DNA of 64,000 bases from an uncultured Verrucomicrobiota bacterium. Lineage in GTDB: Bacteria; Verrucomicrobiota; Kiritimatiellia; CAIQIC01; Lenti-01. Location: positions 25,132 to 89,131 of the forward strand of contig CALMBO010000014.1 in the NCBI GenBank assembly GCA_937860055.1, in the 5' to 3' direction. A model generated the notes under the pieces. The model was not told the origin of the DNA. It saw only the letters and a program-made list of their open reading frames with translations, and did not search any database. Position 1 is the first letter of the stretch. Every line of letters starts with the position of its first letter. The translations under genes were made by a program, and so were the position numbers. Shown here piece by piece: positions 27,173 through 36,734 of the stretch.

Positions 27173-28390
27173 ATGAGTTCAAAACTGTACACCGAAGCCA
27201 AAAAGCGCGAAGGCGCGATCGCGAATTTCCTGAAGGACATCGTGAGCATTCCCTCCCTGAGCAGCCAGGAGGGCGACGTGGTCAAGTTCATGGCCGCCGC
27301 GATGAAGAAGCTGGGCTACGACGAGGTCGTCATCGACGGCATGGGCAATCTGCTCGGCCGCATCGGAAACGGGCCGCGCGTGATCGCCTTTGACGGCCAC
27401 TGCGACACGGTGGACATCGGCGACATCACCCTGTGGAACAAGGTCAAGCCCTATCCCGCCGTGATCCAGGACGGCAAGGTCTACGGCCGCGGCACCACGG
27501 ACCAGAAAGGCGGCATCGCCAGCTCCGTCTACGGCATCGCGATGCTGAAGGAACTGGGGATGGTGCCCAAGGATCTGACGATCTGGGTGGTCGCCAGCGT
27601 GCAGGAAGAGGACTGCGACGGACTGTGCTGGCAGTACATCGTCAAGGAAAGCAAGCTTCGCCCCGAGGTGGTCGTCTCGACGGAGCCGACGAGCCTGCAG
27701 ATCTACCACGGCCACCGCGGCCGAATGGAGATCGAGATCGAGACCAAGGGCGTCTCCTGCCACGGTTCGGCCCCCGAGCGCGGCGTGAACGCCGTCTACA
27801 AGATGGCCGACATCATCAAGGACATCGAGAAGCTCAACGAGCGCCTGCCGCCGACGAAGCCGTTGGGCAAGGGAACGGTGACCATCAGCCACATCCGTTC
27901 GACCTCGCCGAGCCTGTGCGCGGTGGCGGACAGCTGCACGATCCACCTCGACCGCCGCCTGACGACGGGCGAGAACGAGCAGACCAGCGTGGCCGAGCTC
28001 CAGGCGCTGCCGAGCGTGCAGAAGGCCGGCGCGACGGTCCGCGTGTTGGAGTATTCCGTTCCGAGCTGGACGGGCCTGGTGTATCCCACCAAGAAATACT
28101 ATCCCACCTGGCACATCGAGGAGGCGACTCCGCAGGTCACGAGCGCCGTCGCCGGCTACAAGGCCGCGCTGAACGAGGATCCGGTGGTGTCCTACTGGGT
28201 GTTCAGCACCAACGGCGTGTCCATCTGCGGCATGTACGGCATTCCGGTGATCGGCTTCGGGCCGGGCCACGAGAAGTTCGCCCACTTCCCGAACGAGGAA
28301 ATCGACATCGAGCACCTGACCCGCGCCGCCGCGTTCTACGCCGGTTTCGCGATCGAGTACGCGAAGACCCCCGTTCCCGCGAAGAAGTAA
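27173..28390 (+). CDS. M20-family metallohydrolase, YgeY-like
   Basis: M20 motifs are present: HCDTV, GRGTTDQKGG, and EEDCDG. Overall similarity to YgeY/ArgE/DapE-type hydrolases. Confidence 0.8.
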   Translation: MSSKLYTEAKKREGAIANFLKDIVSIPSLSSQEGDVVKFMAAAMKKLGYDEVVIDGMGNLLGRIGNGPRVIAFDGHCDTVDIGDITLWNKVKPYPAVIQDGKVYGRGTTDQKGGIASSVYGIAMLKELGMVPKDLTIWVVASVQEEDCDGLCWQYIVKESKLRPEVVVSTEPTSLQIYHGHRGRMEIEIETKGVSCHGSAPERGVNAVYKMADIIKDIEKLNERLPPTKPLGKGTVTISHIRSTSPSLCAVADSCTIHLDRRLTTGENEQTSVAELQALPSVQKAGATVRVLEYSVPSWTGLVYPTKKYYPTWHIEEATPQVTSAVAGYKAALNEDPVVSYWVFSTNGVSICGMYGIPVIGFGPGHEKFAHFPNEEIDIEHLTRAAAFYAGFAIEYAKTPVPAKK

Positions 28391-28468
28391 TCCGCGCCCC
28401 GCGGCGCGCCGCAACGCAAGGGAGCCTGCGCTCCCTTGCGTTTTTTTGCTGTCCGGGAGCCGACCGGC

Positions 28469-31090
28469 CTATGGCGCACCGAAGGATCCGCCGCGATCGA
28501 GGATGCCGATGAGGATCCAGTCACGGTTCCGGATGGGGGCGTAGGCCATCCAGTACGGTCCGGTTACGTGGCAGCGGCCGGGGCGGCACCGGCCATCCAG
28601 AATCCGGCGGACGAAGGTGGAGATTTCCGGGCCGGCTTTTTCGACGTCCACCATTTCCATGCGCGATTGCCAGTCTTCCGCGGAACGCCGGTAGAGGGTG
28701 TCCACCACGATGCGGTGGACGATCCGGGCCTTCCCCGTCCCGGCATCCGTTTCCTCGAAGGGCCGGATCAGGAGGGCCCGCCGCTTGCCCCCGATGGATT
28801 GGGAGAATTCCAGCAGCATCTTTTGCAGGGAGGCCAGCGTGACCTCCAGGCCGACGACGCCGACGTTGCGTCCGCCCGCGTGGATGCGGCACATGCAACT
28901 CATCAGGATCAGGCGGGTGGTGGCGTCGGCATAGGGGTTCCCCCAGACGGGCCGGTCATCGCCGGCTTGGATCGCCGCCAGGTACCAGGTGCGTTTTGTG
29001 GCGTCGTAGTCCGGCTTTTCCCGGTAGCGGCCGAAGCCGGGGAAGCCGACGAGGAGGCCCGCTTCCGAACCGGCGATGGACCATTGGATGTCGTCCCGGA
29101 GCCGGTGGAAATAGGAGAAAAGGGTGTTCAAGCGCCCGAGGCGGGCGGCCGCCTCTTCCACGGCGGGCCGGTGTTCCTCATCCCGCGCCCAGGGCGATCG
29201 GACGACGGTCGGATAGTCCATGGACAGCGGCGCATTGTAACGGGGTTTCTTTTCCAGAACGGCGGGACGGGTCTCGGGGGCGTAGAAGTCCTCGTCGAAA
29301 TAGTAACCATCCCGCCCGGCCGGAGTGGGATCGCGGAAGGGGAGGCGTTCGGCGGGGGCGGACATCAATTCGACCGCCGACAGCCGGTAGAGGGAGGCGA
29401 TCTGCTCGATTCCGGCCAGGAATTGCTCCAGCATCTGGGCCCGTCCGGCGACGGAGGCGGCGAACATGGTTTGTTCGCCTTGGACGGCGAGCGCGCGCTG
29501 GCGGGCGCTCATGGCCACGATGCCTGCGAGTCCGGCCAGGAAAAGCAGGAAGAGGGTGCCGGCGGCGGCCTTCCAGCCGCGTGCATGCCGGGCGGCGCGG
29601 TCGAGCTGGAGCTGCCGGTTGCCGATCTGCGCCGCGAGCTCCTGGCTCTGCGCTTCCACCTGCGCCGCCAGCCGCGAGTCGGCGCAGTCCGCCTTCATCT
29701 CCGCCAGCAGGCGGTGCTGCGCCCGGGCGAGCATCAGGTCGTCCTGCCGGATGGCCAGCTTGATTTGCAGCACGAAAGCGTCCAGCAGGCCGCGGCGGGC
29801 CTCCTGGTTTCCGGGCCACAGGCCGATGGCCTGGCGGAAACTGCCGATGCATTCCGAAAGTTTTCCGTAGCGGATGGCGGCAGCTTCCTTGTCCACCTCC
29901 TTCAAGGTGGCCGAGGCGCGGCCGCCGGCCAGGAGCTCCTGCCGGAGGGAGTCGAGCAGCTCGGAGGCGCGCCGGCACACGGCCATCGATTCGGAGTTGG
30001 CCAGGATCCCGCGAAGGTCCTGCTGGAACTCCGCCACGGTCGGGTAGCGGTCCGCCATGAGGGGCGCCAGGGCTTTTTGCACGATGCGGGAAAGGGCGGG
30101 AGTGATGTGAGGGGAACGGCTGATCTTCTCCGGAGGAGGCACGCCGCCCGTCGAGGCCTTCTTGAGCATCTCCATGACGGTGGCCCCGTCGTGGGGCGGC
30201 CGCCCGGTCAGGATTTCGTACAGGATGCCGCCCAGCAGGTAGATGTCGGTGGCGGGGCCCAACGCGGTCATTTCGCCGCGCACCATCTCCGGGGCCATGT
30301 AGTAGGGCGTTCCGGCCAGCTGGGGTTTCAATCCGGGGAAGCGCTTGTATTCGTTGCGCTCGTCAAAATACAGTGCCAGGCCCCAGTCCATGACATAGAC
30401 TTCGCCGTACTCCCCGAGCATGACGTTCTCCGGCTTGAGGTCGCGGTGGAGGATGGCCTTGCTGTGGGCGTAGGCCACGGCGTCGCAGACCTTCAGCAGG
30501 ATTTCGAGATGGTCCTTCCAGCCCATCTGGCGCGCCCGCGCCTCGACGGTCTCGCGGCGGGCCGGATCCTGGACCGCCTCGGGATGGAGCAGGTCCTTCC
30601 AGCTCGTGCCGGAAACCTTCTTCATGGCGAAGAACGGGCGGCCGTCCGCATCCTTGGCGAGGGCGTAGATGGGCACGACGCCGGGATGGTCCAGCCGAGC
30701 CGTCATGTAGGCCTCGTTGGTGAACTCGCCTGCCTCCTGCGTAGGGGCGGCGCTCGGCTGCAGCTCGACGCGGCAAATCTTCAGCGCCACCTCGCGCTTC
30801 AGTGTCTTTTCCTGGACGTTGTACACGATCCCCATCCCGCCCTCGCTGATCTTTCCGATCACTTCGTAGTGCGAGCGGTCTTCGGGCTGGATTTCGCGGA
30901 GGGAGCCGGTGGAGTCGATGAGGATGCGGTGCCCGCCGTGCGTAATGGTTTCCGTCGGGATCTGGCTGGGGTCGATGTCGTAGACGAGAAACCCCGGCGC
31001 CTGGCTTCGGATGGTCTGGTGGGGTTGGAGGCGGCGGTCGTCTGGAATCCAGTCTCCCGTCCGTGTCCCGCTGGCTGGTTTCGGCTCCAT
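28469..31090 (-). CDS. Ser/Thr protein kinase with TM segment and C-terminal extracytoplasmic Cache-like sensor domain
   Basis: Hanks kinase motifs HRDLKPENVML, DWGLA and GTPYYMAPE. A TM helix (LFLLFLAGLAGIVAMSA) is followed by about 350 aa of C-terminal sensor domain. Confidence 0.8.
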   Translation of the reverse strand: MEPKPASGTRTGDWIPDDRRLQPHQTIRSQAPGFLVYDIDPSQIPTETITHGGHRILIDSTGSLREIQPEDRSHYEVIGKISEGGMGIVYNVQEKTLKREVALKICRVELQPSAAPTQEAGEFTNEAYMTARLDHPGVVPIYALAKDADGRPFFAMKKVSGTSWKDLLHPEAVQDPARRETVEARARQMGWKDHLEILLKVCDAVAYAHSKAILHRDLKPENVMLGEYGEVYVMDWGLALYFDERNEYKRFPGLKPQLAGTPYYMAPEMVRGEMTALGPATDIYLLGGILYEILTGRPPHDGATVMEMLKKASTGGVPPPEKISRSPHITPALSRIVQKALAPLMADRYPTVAEFQQDLRGILANSESMAVCRRASELLDSLRQELLAGGRASATLKEVDKEAAAIRYGKLSECIGSFRQAIGLWPGNQEARRGLLDAFVLQIKLAIRQDDLMLARAQHRLLAEMKADCADSRLAAQVEAQSQELAAQIGNRQLQLDRAARHARGWKAAAGTLFLLFLAGLAGIVAMSARQRALAVQGEQTMFAASVAGRAQMLEQFLAGIEQIASLYRLSAVELMSAPAERLPFRDPTPAGRDGYYFDEDFYAPETRPAVLEKKPRYNAPLSMDYPTVVRSPWARDEEHRPAVEEAAARLGRLNTLFSYFHRLRDDIQWSIAGSEAGLLVGFPGFGRYREKPDYDATKRTWYLAAIQAGDDRPVWGNPYADATTRLILMSCMCRIHAGGRNVGVVGLEVTLASLQKMLLEFSQSIGGKRRALLIRPFEETDAGTGKARIVHRIVVDTLYRRSAEDWQSRMEMVDVEKAGPEISTFVRRILDGRCRPGRCHVTGPYWMAYAPIRNRDWILIGILDRGGSFGAP

Positions 31091-31261
31091 CGGATCCCTC
31101 TAGATACCGGAAGCCTAGCGGCATCCCCGCCGGAAAGGAAGGGGAAAACAGCGTGGACATAATCATCCGGAGGGCGCTTGGAGCGTTGACGGGGGCGGGG
31201 GCGCCCCCTACACTTCGGAGTGGAGAAACACGGTGCGCATCCGGCGGCAAGGAGATAGAAC

Positions 31262-31708
31262 ATGAGCACAACGGTCGGCGATCTGTTGCGGATCAAGGGC
31301 GCGAAGGTGGAGACCATCACGGCGGCGGAGCCGCTGCTGGAGGCGATCCGGCGCATGAGCGAGAAGCACATTGGATGCCTCGCGGTGGTGACCCAGGCGG
31401 GCAAGCTGTCGGGGATCCTGTCCGAGCGCGATGTCCTGTGGAAGGTGGTCGCCGCCGGGGGATCGCCCAAGACGCACCGGGTCAAGGATGCCATGACGCC
31501 GCTGAAGCAGATGCATACGGTGTCGCCCTCGCAGACGGTGGAGGAATGCATGGGGCTGATCACCGCCGGCCGGCACCGCCACCTGCCCGTCCTGGCGGAC
31601 GGGAAGCTGGCCGGGCTGATTTCCATCGGTGACGTGGTGAAATTCATGCTGGATGCCCAGCAGTCGACGATCGACAGCCTGGAAAAATACATCACGGGGA
31701 CCTTCTGA
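31262..31708 (+). CDS. CBS-pair domain protein (copy 1)
   Basis: 148 aa with two CBS motifs. About 88-90% identical to 39356-39802. Directly upstream of hoxF. Confidence 0.8.
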   Translation: MSTTVGDLLRIKGAKVETITAAEPLLEAIRRMSEKHIGCLAVVTQAGKLSGILSERDVLWKVVAAGGSPKTHRVKDAMTPLKQMHTVSPSQTVEECMGLITAGRHRHLPVLADGKLAGLISIGDVVKFMLDAQQSTIDSLEKYITGTF

Positions 31709-31736
31709 GGGAAGGGGAGCCGGCGGAGAGCCTTCC

Positions 31737-33539
31737 ATGTCCTCCAGCATTGCGCAAACGGTGAAGACGGTCGTCTCCCGGTACGGCGGAGATGCAACGA
31801 GGCTGATGGACGTTTTGATCGACGTCCAGGATGAACTGGGCTGCCTGAGCCACGTGACGACGGCGCGGATCGCCCACACGCTGGGCGTGCCGCAGGTGGA
31901 CGTGGAACAGACGGTTTCGTTCTACCATTTCTTCGCGCGCGAGCCGCGCGGGAAATTCGCGGTCTATCTCAACGACAGCGTAGTGGCGGAATTCTGCGGC
32001 CGCGGGGAAGTCGCGCGGGCCTTCGAGGAGGCCGCGGGGTGCCGGTTCGGGGAAGTGACGGCCGACGGCGTCGTCGGGCTGTTCCATACGGCGTGCATCG
32101 GAATGAGCGACCAGGAGCCGGCGGCGCTGGTCAACGGGCAGGTGTTTCCGGCGCTGACGCCGGACAAGGCCCGCGAACTGGTCGCGGGCATGCGCGCCGG
32201 GAAAACGGTCGAGGAGCTCAAGGGCGGCCGGACCGGCGATGGCCAGAACGCCCATCCCCTGGTCCGGGCGCTCGTGCATAACCACATCCGGCGCCGGGGG
32301 GTGATGGTGTTCGACCACTACCAGCCCGGCGAGGCGCTGCGGAAAGTGGTGGCGATGAGTTCCGGCGAGGTGATCGGCGTGGTCAAGGCCGCGAGCGTGC
32401 GGGGGCGGGGCGGCGCCGGATTCCCGACGGGCATGAAGTGGGATTTCGCCCGCCGGGCGGCCGGCGACGTGAAATATGTTTTTTGCAACGCGGACGAAGG
32501 CGAGCCGGGGACCTTCAAGGACCGCGTCATCCTGACGGAGCGGCCGCAGATGGTGATCGAAGGCATGGCGATTGCGGCCTATGCCGTCGGCGCGCAGCGG
32601 GGGATCCTGTACGTGCGGAACGAATACCGCTATCTGCGGTCCTATCTGGAGCACGTGCTGGAGGACATGCGCGCGCAGGGACTGCTGGGCGCCGCGATCT
32701 GCGGCCAGTCCGGATTCGATTTCGACGTCAGCCTGCAGTTCGGCGCGGGCGCCTACGTGTGCGGAGAGGAGTCGGCGCTGATCGAGTCCGCCGAGGGCAA
32801 GCGCGGCGAGCCCCGGGACCGGCCGCCCTTCCCGGTGGAGAAGGGCTATTTGCAGAAGCCGACGGTGGTCAACAACGTCGAAACGCTGTGTTCGGCGGTG
32901 CAGGTGATGCTGAAGGGGGCGGAGTGGTACAACCGGCTCGGCACCGAGAAATCCAAGGGTACCAAGGTGCTGTGCGTGTCGGGCGACTGCGACCGGCCGG
33001 GCATCTACGAGGTGGAATGGGGCTTTTCGGTCAACGACATCCTGCAGGAAGCCGGCGCGCGGGACGTGCAGGCGGTGCAGGTCGGTGGGCCGTCCGGTTC
33101 GTGCATCGGGCCCGGCGAATTCGGCCGCGTGCTGGCCTACGAGGATCTGGCGACGGGGGGATCGTTCATCATCATCGGCCAGCCGCGCGACCTGCTGAAA
33201 GACGTGGTGCTGAATTTCGCCCGGTTTTTCCGCGAGGAGTCGTGCGGGTCGTGCGTGCCGTGCCGGGCGCTGACGGGGATGGCGCAGGTCGTGCTGGAGA
33301 GGGTCATCGCGGGCCGGGGCACGGCGGAAGACGTGGAGCGGCTGCAATCCTGGCAGAAGATCATGAGGAACAACCGCTGCGGCCTGGGCCAGACCGCGCT
33401 GAACCCGGTTGTCAGCACGATCCGGAACTTCCGGCCGCTGTATGACGCGCGGCTGGCGCCGGGCGATCCGCGGTTCGTGCCGGGGTTCGACCTGTCGGCG
33501 GCGGTGAAGGACTACGAGGCGGCGGTCTCGAAAGGATAG
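31737..33539 (+). CDS. hoxF: NAD-reducing [NiFe] hydrogenase diaphorase subunit HoxF (NuoE-like N-terminal domain fused to NuoF-like FMN/NAD/[4Fe-4S] module)
   Basis: GRGGAGFPTGMKW and NADEGEPGTFKDR (NuoF FMN/NAD motifs) and ESCGSCVPCR ([4Fe-4S]). The N-terminal thioredoxin-like domain retains only 2 of the 4 NuoE cysteines. Confidence 0.85.
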   Translation: MSSSIAQTVKTVVSRYGGDATRLMDVLIDVQDELGCLSHVTTARIAHTLGVPQVDVEQTVSFYHFFAREPRGKFAVYLNDSVVAEFCGRGEVARAFEEAAGCRFGEVTADGVVGLFHTACIGMSDQEPAALVNGQVFPALTPDKARELVAGMRAGKTVEELKGGRTGDGQNAHPLVRALVHNHIRRRGVMVFDHYQPGEALRKVVAMSSGEVIGVVKAASVRGRGGAGFPTGMKWDFARRAAGDVKYVFCNADEGEPGTFKDRVILTERPQMVIEGMAIAAYAVGAQRGILYVRNEYRYLRSYLEHVLEDMRAQGLLGAAICGQSGFDFDVSLQFGAGAYVCGEESALIESAEGKRGEPRDRPPFPVEKGYLQKPTVVNNVETLCSAVQVMLKGAEWYNRLGTEKSKGTKVLCVSGDCDRPGIYEVEWGFSVNDILQEAGARDVQAVQVGGPSGSCIGPGEFGRVLAYEDLATGGSFIIIGQPRDLLKDVVLNFARFFREESCGSCVPCRALTGMAQVVLERVIAGRGTAEDVERLQSWQKIMRNNRCGLGQTALNPVVSTIRNFRPLYDARLAPGDPRFVPGFDLSAAVKDYEAAVSKG

Positions 33540-33552
33540 GGAGGAGCGAGCC

Positions 33553-34248
33553 ATGGCCAGCTTTGTCCGGTACACGCTTGACGGCAAGACCTGCCTGGCG
33601 GAGGAGGGCACGCAGCTGGTCGCGGCGGCGCGGGACTCGGGGGTGTACATTCCGACGCTGTGCAACCATCCCGGAATCCCTCCCAAGGGTTCGTGCCGCA
33701 TCTGCACGGTGCTGGTCAACGGGATTCCCCAGACCGCCTGCACGACGAAGGTGGTCGAAGACATGAACGTGACGACGGGCACGCCGGAGCTGGAGGCGTT
33801 CCGCAAGGCGGTTGTCGAGATCCTGTTCGCGGAGGGAAACCATCTGTGCCCGTCGTGCGAGCGCAGCGGCAACTGCGAGCTGCAGGCGCTGGCGTACCGC
33901 TACCGCGTGACGGTTCCGCACTTCCCCTATTTGTTTCCGAAGCGCGACGTGGAGGCGTGGCATCCGAAGCTCGTCAAGGACCACAACCGGTGCATCCAGT
34001 GCAAGCGCTGCATCCGCGGCATCCACAACGCGGAAGGCAAGGCCCTCTTCGCTTTTGGAAAGCGCGGCGACAAGGTGGTCATCAACATCGACCCGGACAC
34101 CTCGCGCGACATCGGCGACGAGCTGGCGCAGCAGGCGATGGACATCTGCCCCGTCGGGGCGATCCTGCGGAAGGGCAAGGGCTTCGACGTGCCCATTGGC
34201 CGGCGCCGGTACGACCGGGAGCCCATCGGGAGCGAGGTGAAGCCATGA
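33553..34248 (+). CDS. hoxU: hydrogenase diaphorase subunit HoxU ([2Fe-2S] plus [4Fe-4S] ferredoxin; NuoG N-terminal-like)
   Basis: CNHPGIPPKGSCRIC and CPSCERSGNCELQ, CIQCKRCIRG, and CPVGAI cluster motifs. Confidence 0.85.
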   Translation: MASFVRYTLDGKTCLAEEGTQLVAAARDSGVYIPTLCNHPGIPPKGSCRICTVLVNGIPQTACTTKVVEDMNVTTGTPELEAFRKAVVEILFAEGNHLCPSCERSGNCELQALAYRYRVTVPHFPYLFPKRDVEAWHPKLVKDHNRCIQCKRCIRGIHNAEGKALFAFGKRGDKVVINIDPDTSRDIGDELAQQAMDICPVGAILRKGKGFDVPIGRRRYDREPIGSEVKP

Positions 34249-34814
34249 CCGCGAAGGCGCCCCGGGCCAGGAAGATCGTCGCGACGACCTCGCTGGCCGG
34301 CTGCTTTGGCTGCCACATGTCGCTGCTCGACATCGACGAGCGGATCCTCGACCTGATCGAGCTGGTGGAATTCAACAAGTCGCCGATCGACGACATCAAG
34401 ACGTTCACCAAGGAATGCGACATCGGGCTGATCGAGGGGGGGTGCTGCAATGACGAGAACGTGCACGTGCTGACGGAATTCCGCCGGCACTGCAAGACGC
34501 TGGTGGCGTTCGGGGAGTGCGCGTTGATGGGCGGGCTGCCGGCGCTGCGCAACTTCCTTCCGCTGAAGGAATGCCTGGAGGAGGCGTACTTGAACGGGCC
34601 GACGGTGGCCGGCGAAAACCCGGGGAGGATCATCCCGCACGATCCCGACATCCCGAAGATCCTGAACCGCGTCTATCCCTGCCACGAGGTGGTGAAGATC
34701 GACTACTTCCTGCCCGGTTGCCCGCCGAGCGCGGACCTCATCTGGGACGCGCTGGTCGCCCTGGTGACCGGCAAGGAGCTGGAACCGCAATACCGGACCT
34801 TCAAATTCGACTGA
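34245..34814 (+). CDS. hoxY: [NiFe] hydrogenase small subunit HoxY
   Basis: ATGA overlap with hoxU. Small-subunit proximal-cluster cysteines present (GCFGCHMS, GGCCND, GECA..GG, and PGCPP). Confidence 0.85.
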   Translation: MTAKAPRARKIVATTSLAGCFGCHMSLLDIDERILDLIELVEFNKSPIDDIKTFTKECDIGLIEGGCCNDENVHVLTEFRRHCKTLVAFGECALMGGLPALRNFLPLKECLEEAYLNGPTVAGENPGRIIPHDPDIPKILNRVYPCHEVVKIDYFLPGCPPSADLIWDALVALVTGKELEPQYRTFKFD

Positions 34815-34822
34815 GAGCCGCC

Positions 34823-36277
34823 ATGACCCGCAAAATCGTCATCGAACCCGTCACGCGCGTCGAAGGCCATGGCAAGGTCACGATCCACCTCGACGACGAA
34901 GGGAATGTCGCGCAGAGCCGGTTCCACATCGTGGAATTCCGCGGCTTCGAGCGGTTCGTGCAGGGGCGGCCGTACTGGGAGGCGCCGGTGCTGGTGCAGC
35001 GCCTGTGCGGCATTTGTCCGGTCAGCCACCATCTGGCCGGGGCGAAGGCCATGGACGTCGTGGTCGGCGCGGGGACGGGGGAGGGGCTGACGCCCACCGC
35101 CGAGAAGATCCGCCGCCTCATGCACTACGGACAGATCTTCCAGTCCCACTCGCTGCATTTCTTCCACCTGGCCTCGCCCGATCTCCTGTTCGGCTACGAC
35201 TCCCCGCCCGAGACGCGCAACGTGATCGGCATCGCCATGGCGAACCGCGAACTGGCGACGCAGGCGGTCCTGATGCGCAAATACGGGCAGGAGGTCATTG
35301 CCGCCACCGCCGGCAAGAAGATCCATGGCACGGGCGCGGTTCCCGGCGGCGTGAACAAGAGCCTGACCGCCGAGGAGCGCGACCGCCTGCTCAAGGGGGA
35401 CGGCGGGCCGCTCAACGCCGGCCAGATGGTCGCCTGGGCGCAAGGCGCGCTGGAGCTCTTCAAGGATTACTACCGGAAGCACAAGGACTTCATCGACCGA
35501 TTCTCCTCCTTTCCCTCGAACCACCTGAGTCTGGTGCGCAAGGACGGCGCGCTCGACCTCTACCACGGCGTCCTGCGCGCCGTGGACGCGAACGGAAAGC
35601 GGATCCTGAACGACGTGGACTACCAGGAATACCTCCAGCATCTGCGCGAGGAGGTGAAGTCCTGGAGCTACATGAAGTTCCCGTTCCTGAAGGCGCTGGG
35701 GAGGGAGAACGGCTGGTACCGCGTGGGTCCGCTTGCGCGGCTCAACACGGCCGACTTCATCCCGACCCCGCTGGCGCAGAAGGAATTCGAGGGCTACAAG
35801 GCTGCCACGGGCGGCAAGCCCAACAACATGTGCATGCACACGCACTGGGCCCGGCTGATCGAGATCCTCCATGCCGCCGAAAAGATGCGCGAGCTGCTGC
35901 AGGATCCGGACATCCTGGGCGGCGACCTTGTCGTGAAGGGCCGGCGGCAGCCCGAGGGTGTTGGCATCATCGAGGCTCCGCGCGGCACGCTGATCCACCA
36001 CTTCAGGGTCGGCGAGGACGACCTGATCCAGATGGCGAACCTGATCGTCTCCACCACGCACAACAACGAGCCGATGAACCGCGCCGTGAACGGCGTCGCC
36101 CGCTCGATGCTGACGAAGGCCAGGGAAATCACCGAAGGCATGCTCAACGCCGTCGAAGTGGCGATCCGGGCCTACGATCCGTGCCTGAGCTGCGCCACCC
36201 ATGCCTACGGACGGATGCCGCTGGAGGTTTTGCTCTATGACGACCGGGGCCAGCTCCTCGCGCGCCGGCGGAAATAG
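34823..36277 (+). CDS. hoxH: [NiFe] hydrogenase large subunit HoxH
   Basis: N-terminal RVEGHG and RLCGICPVSH (RxCGxC), and C-terminal DPCLSCATH (DPCxxCxxH) Ni-Fe ligands. Confidence 0.9.
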   Translation: MTRKIVIEPVTRVEGHGKVTIHLDDEGNVAQSRFHIVEFRGFERFVQGRPYWEAPVLVQRLCGICPVSHHLAGAKAMDVVVGAGTGEGLTPTAEKIRRLMHYGQIFQSHSLHFFHLASPDLLFGYDSPPETRNVIGIAMANRELATQAVLMRKYGQEVIAATAGKKIHGTGAVPGGVNKSLTAEERDRLLKGDGGPLNAGQMVAWAQGALELFKDYYRKHKDFIDRFSSFPSNHLSLVRKDGALDLYHGVLRAVDANGKRILNDVDYQEYLQHLREEVKSWSYMKFPFLKALGRENGWYRVGPLARLNTADFIPTPLAQKEFEGYKAATGGKPNNMCMHTHWARLIEILHAAEKMRELLQDPDILGGDLVVKGRRQPEGVGIIEAPRGTLIHHFRVGEDDLIQMANLIVSTTHNNEPMNRAVNGVARSMLTKAREITEGMLNAVEVAIRAYDPCLSCATHAYGRMPLEVLLYDDRGQLLARRRK

Positions 36278-36728
36278 CGCGCGTCCGGTCCTGGTCTACG
36301 GCTACGGGAATCCGGGCCGGCAGGACGACGGGCTGGGCATCGCCCTCGTCGACCGCCTCGAAAGCTGGGCGGCGGCGGAGAAGATCGGCGGCCTTGTTTT
36401 CGATTCCAACTACCAGCTCAACGCCGAGGACGCCCTTGCCGTCGCGGAGAGCCGGGCCGTCGTATTCGTGGATGCCACGGGGGAAGGGGAGGGGCCGTTT
36501 GAATTCCGCCGTCTGGCGCCGCAGGCCGCGATCGCCTTTTCCACCCATGCCATGGCGCCGGAAGGAGTGCTGGCGTTCGCGGCCGAGCTCTACGGGGCGA
36601 GGACGCCGGCGTGGATGATGGCCATCCGCGGGCATGCGTGGGAACCGAACGAGCCGCCGACCGCCGCCGCCCTTCTGAACCTGGCGGCCGCGCAGGAATT
36701 CCTCCAATCCTGGCTGCGCGGAAGGTGA
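36237..36728 (+). CDS. hoxW: hydrogenase maturation endopeptidase (HoxW/HycI family)
   Basis: VLVYGYGNPGRQDDGLGIALVDRL motif of hydrogenase C-terminal proteases. The start is uncertain and overlaps the 3' end of hoxH. Confidence 0.7.
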   Translation: MTTGASSSRAGGNSARPVLVYGYGNPGRQDDGLGIALVDRLESWAAAEKIGGLVFDSNYQLNAEDALAVAESRAVVFVDATGEGEGPFEFRRLAPQAAIAFSTHAMAPEGVLAFAAELYGARTPAWMMAIRGHAWEPNEPPTAAALLNLAAAQEFLQSWLRGR

Positions 36729-36734
36729 GTGGAA

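Noticed and set aside
25339-27393. 684-aa plus-strand ORF and the 25646-26980 minus-strand, 444-aa ORF
   Set aside because: Off-frame or antisense Arg-rich readings of the PLP-enzyme gene 25673-27151.
31208-31879. 223-aa minus-strand ORF (and the 39137-40300 minus-strand, 387-aa ORF)
   Set aside because: Antisense to the two CBS genes and the hydrogenase 5' ends. They are duplicated because the CBS repeats are duplicated, not because they are genes.
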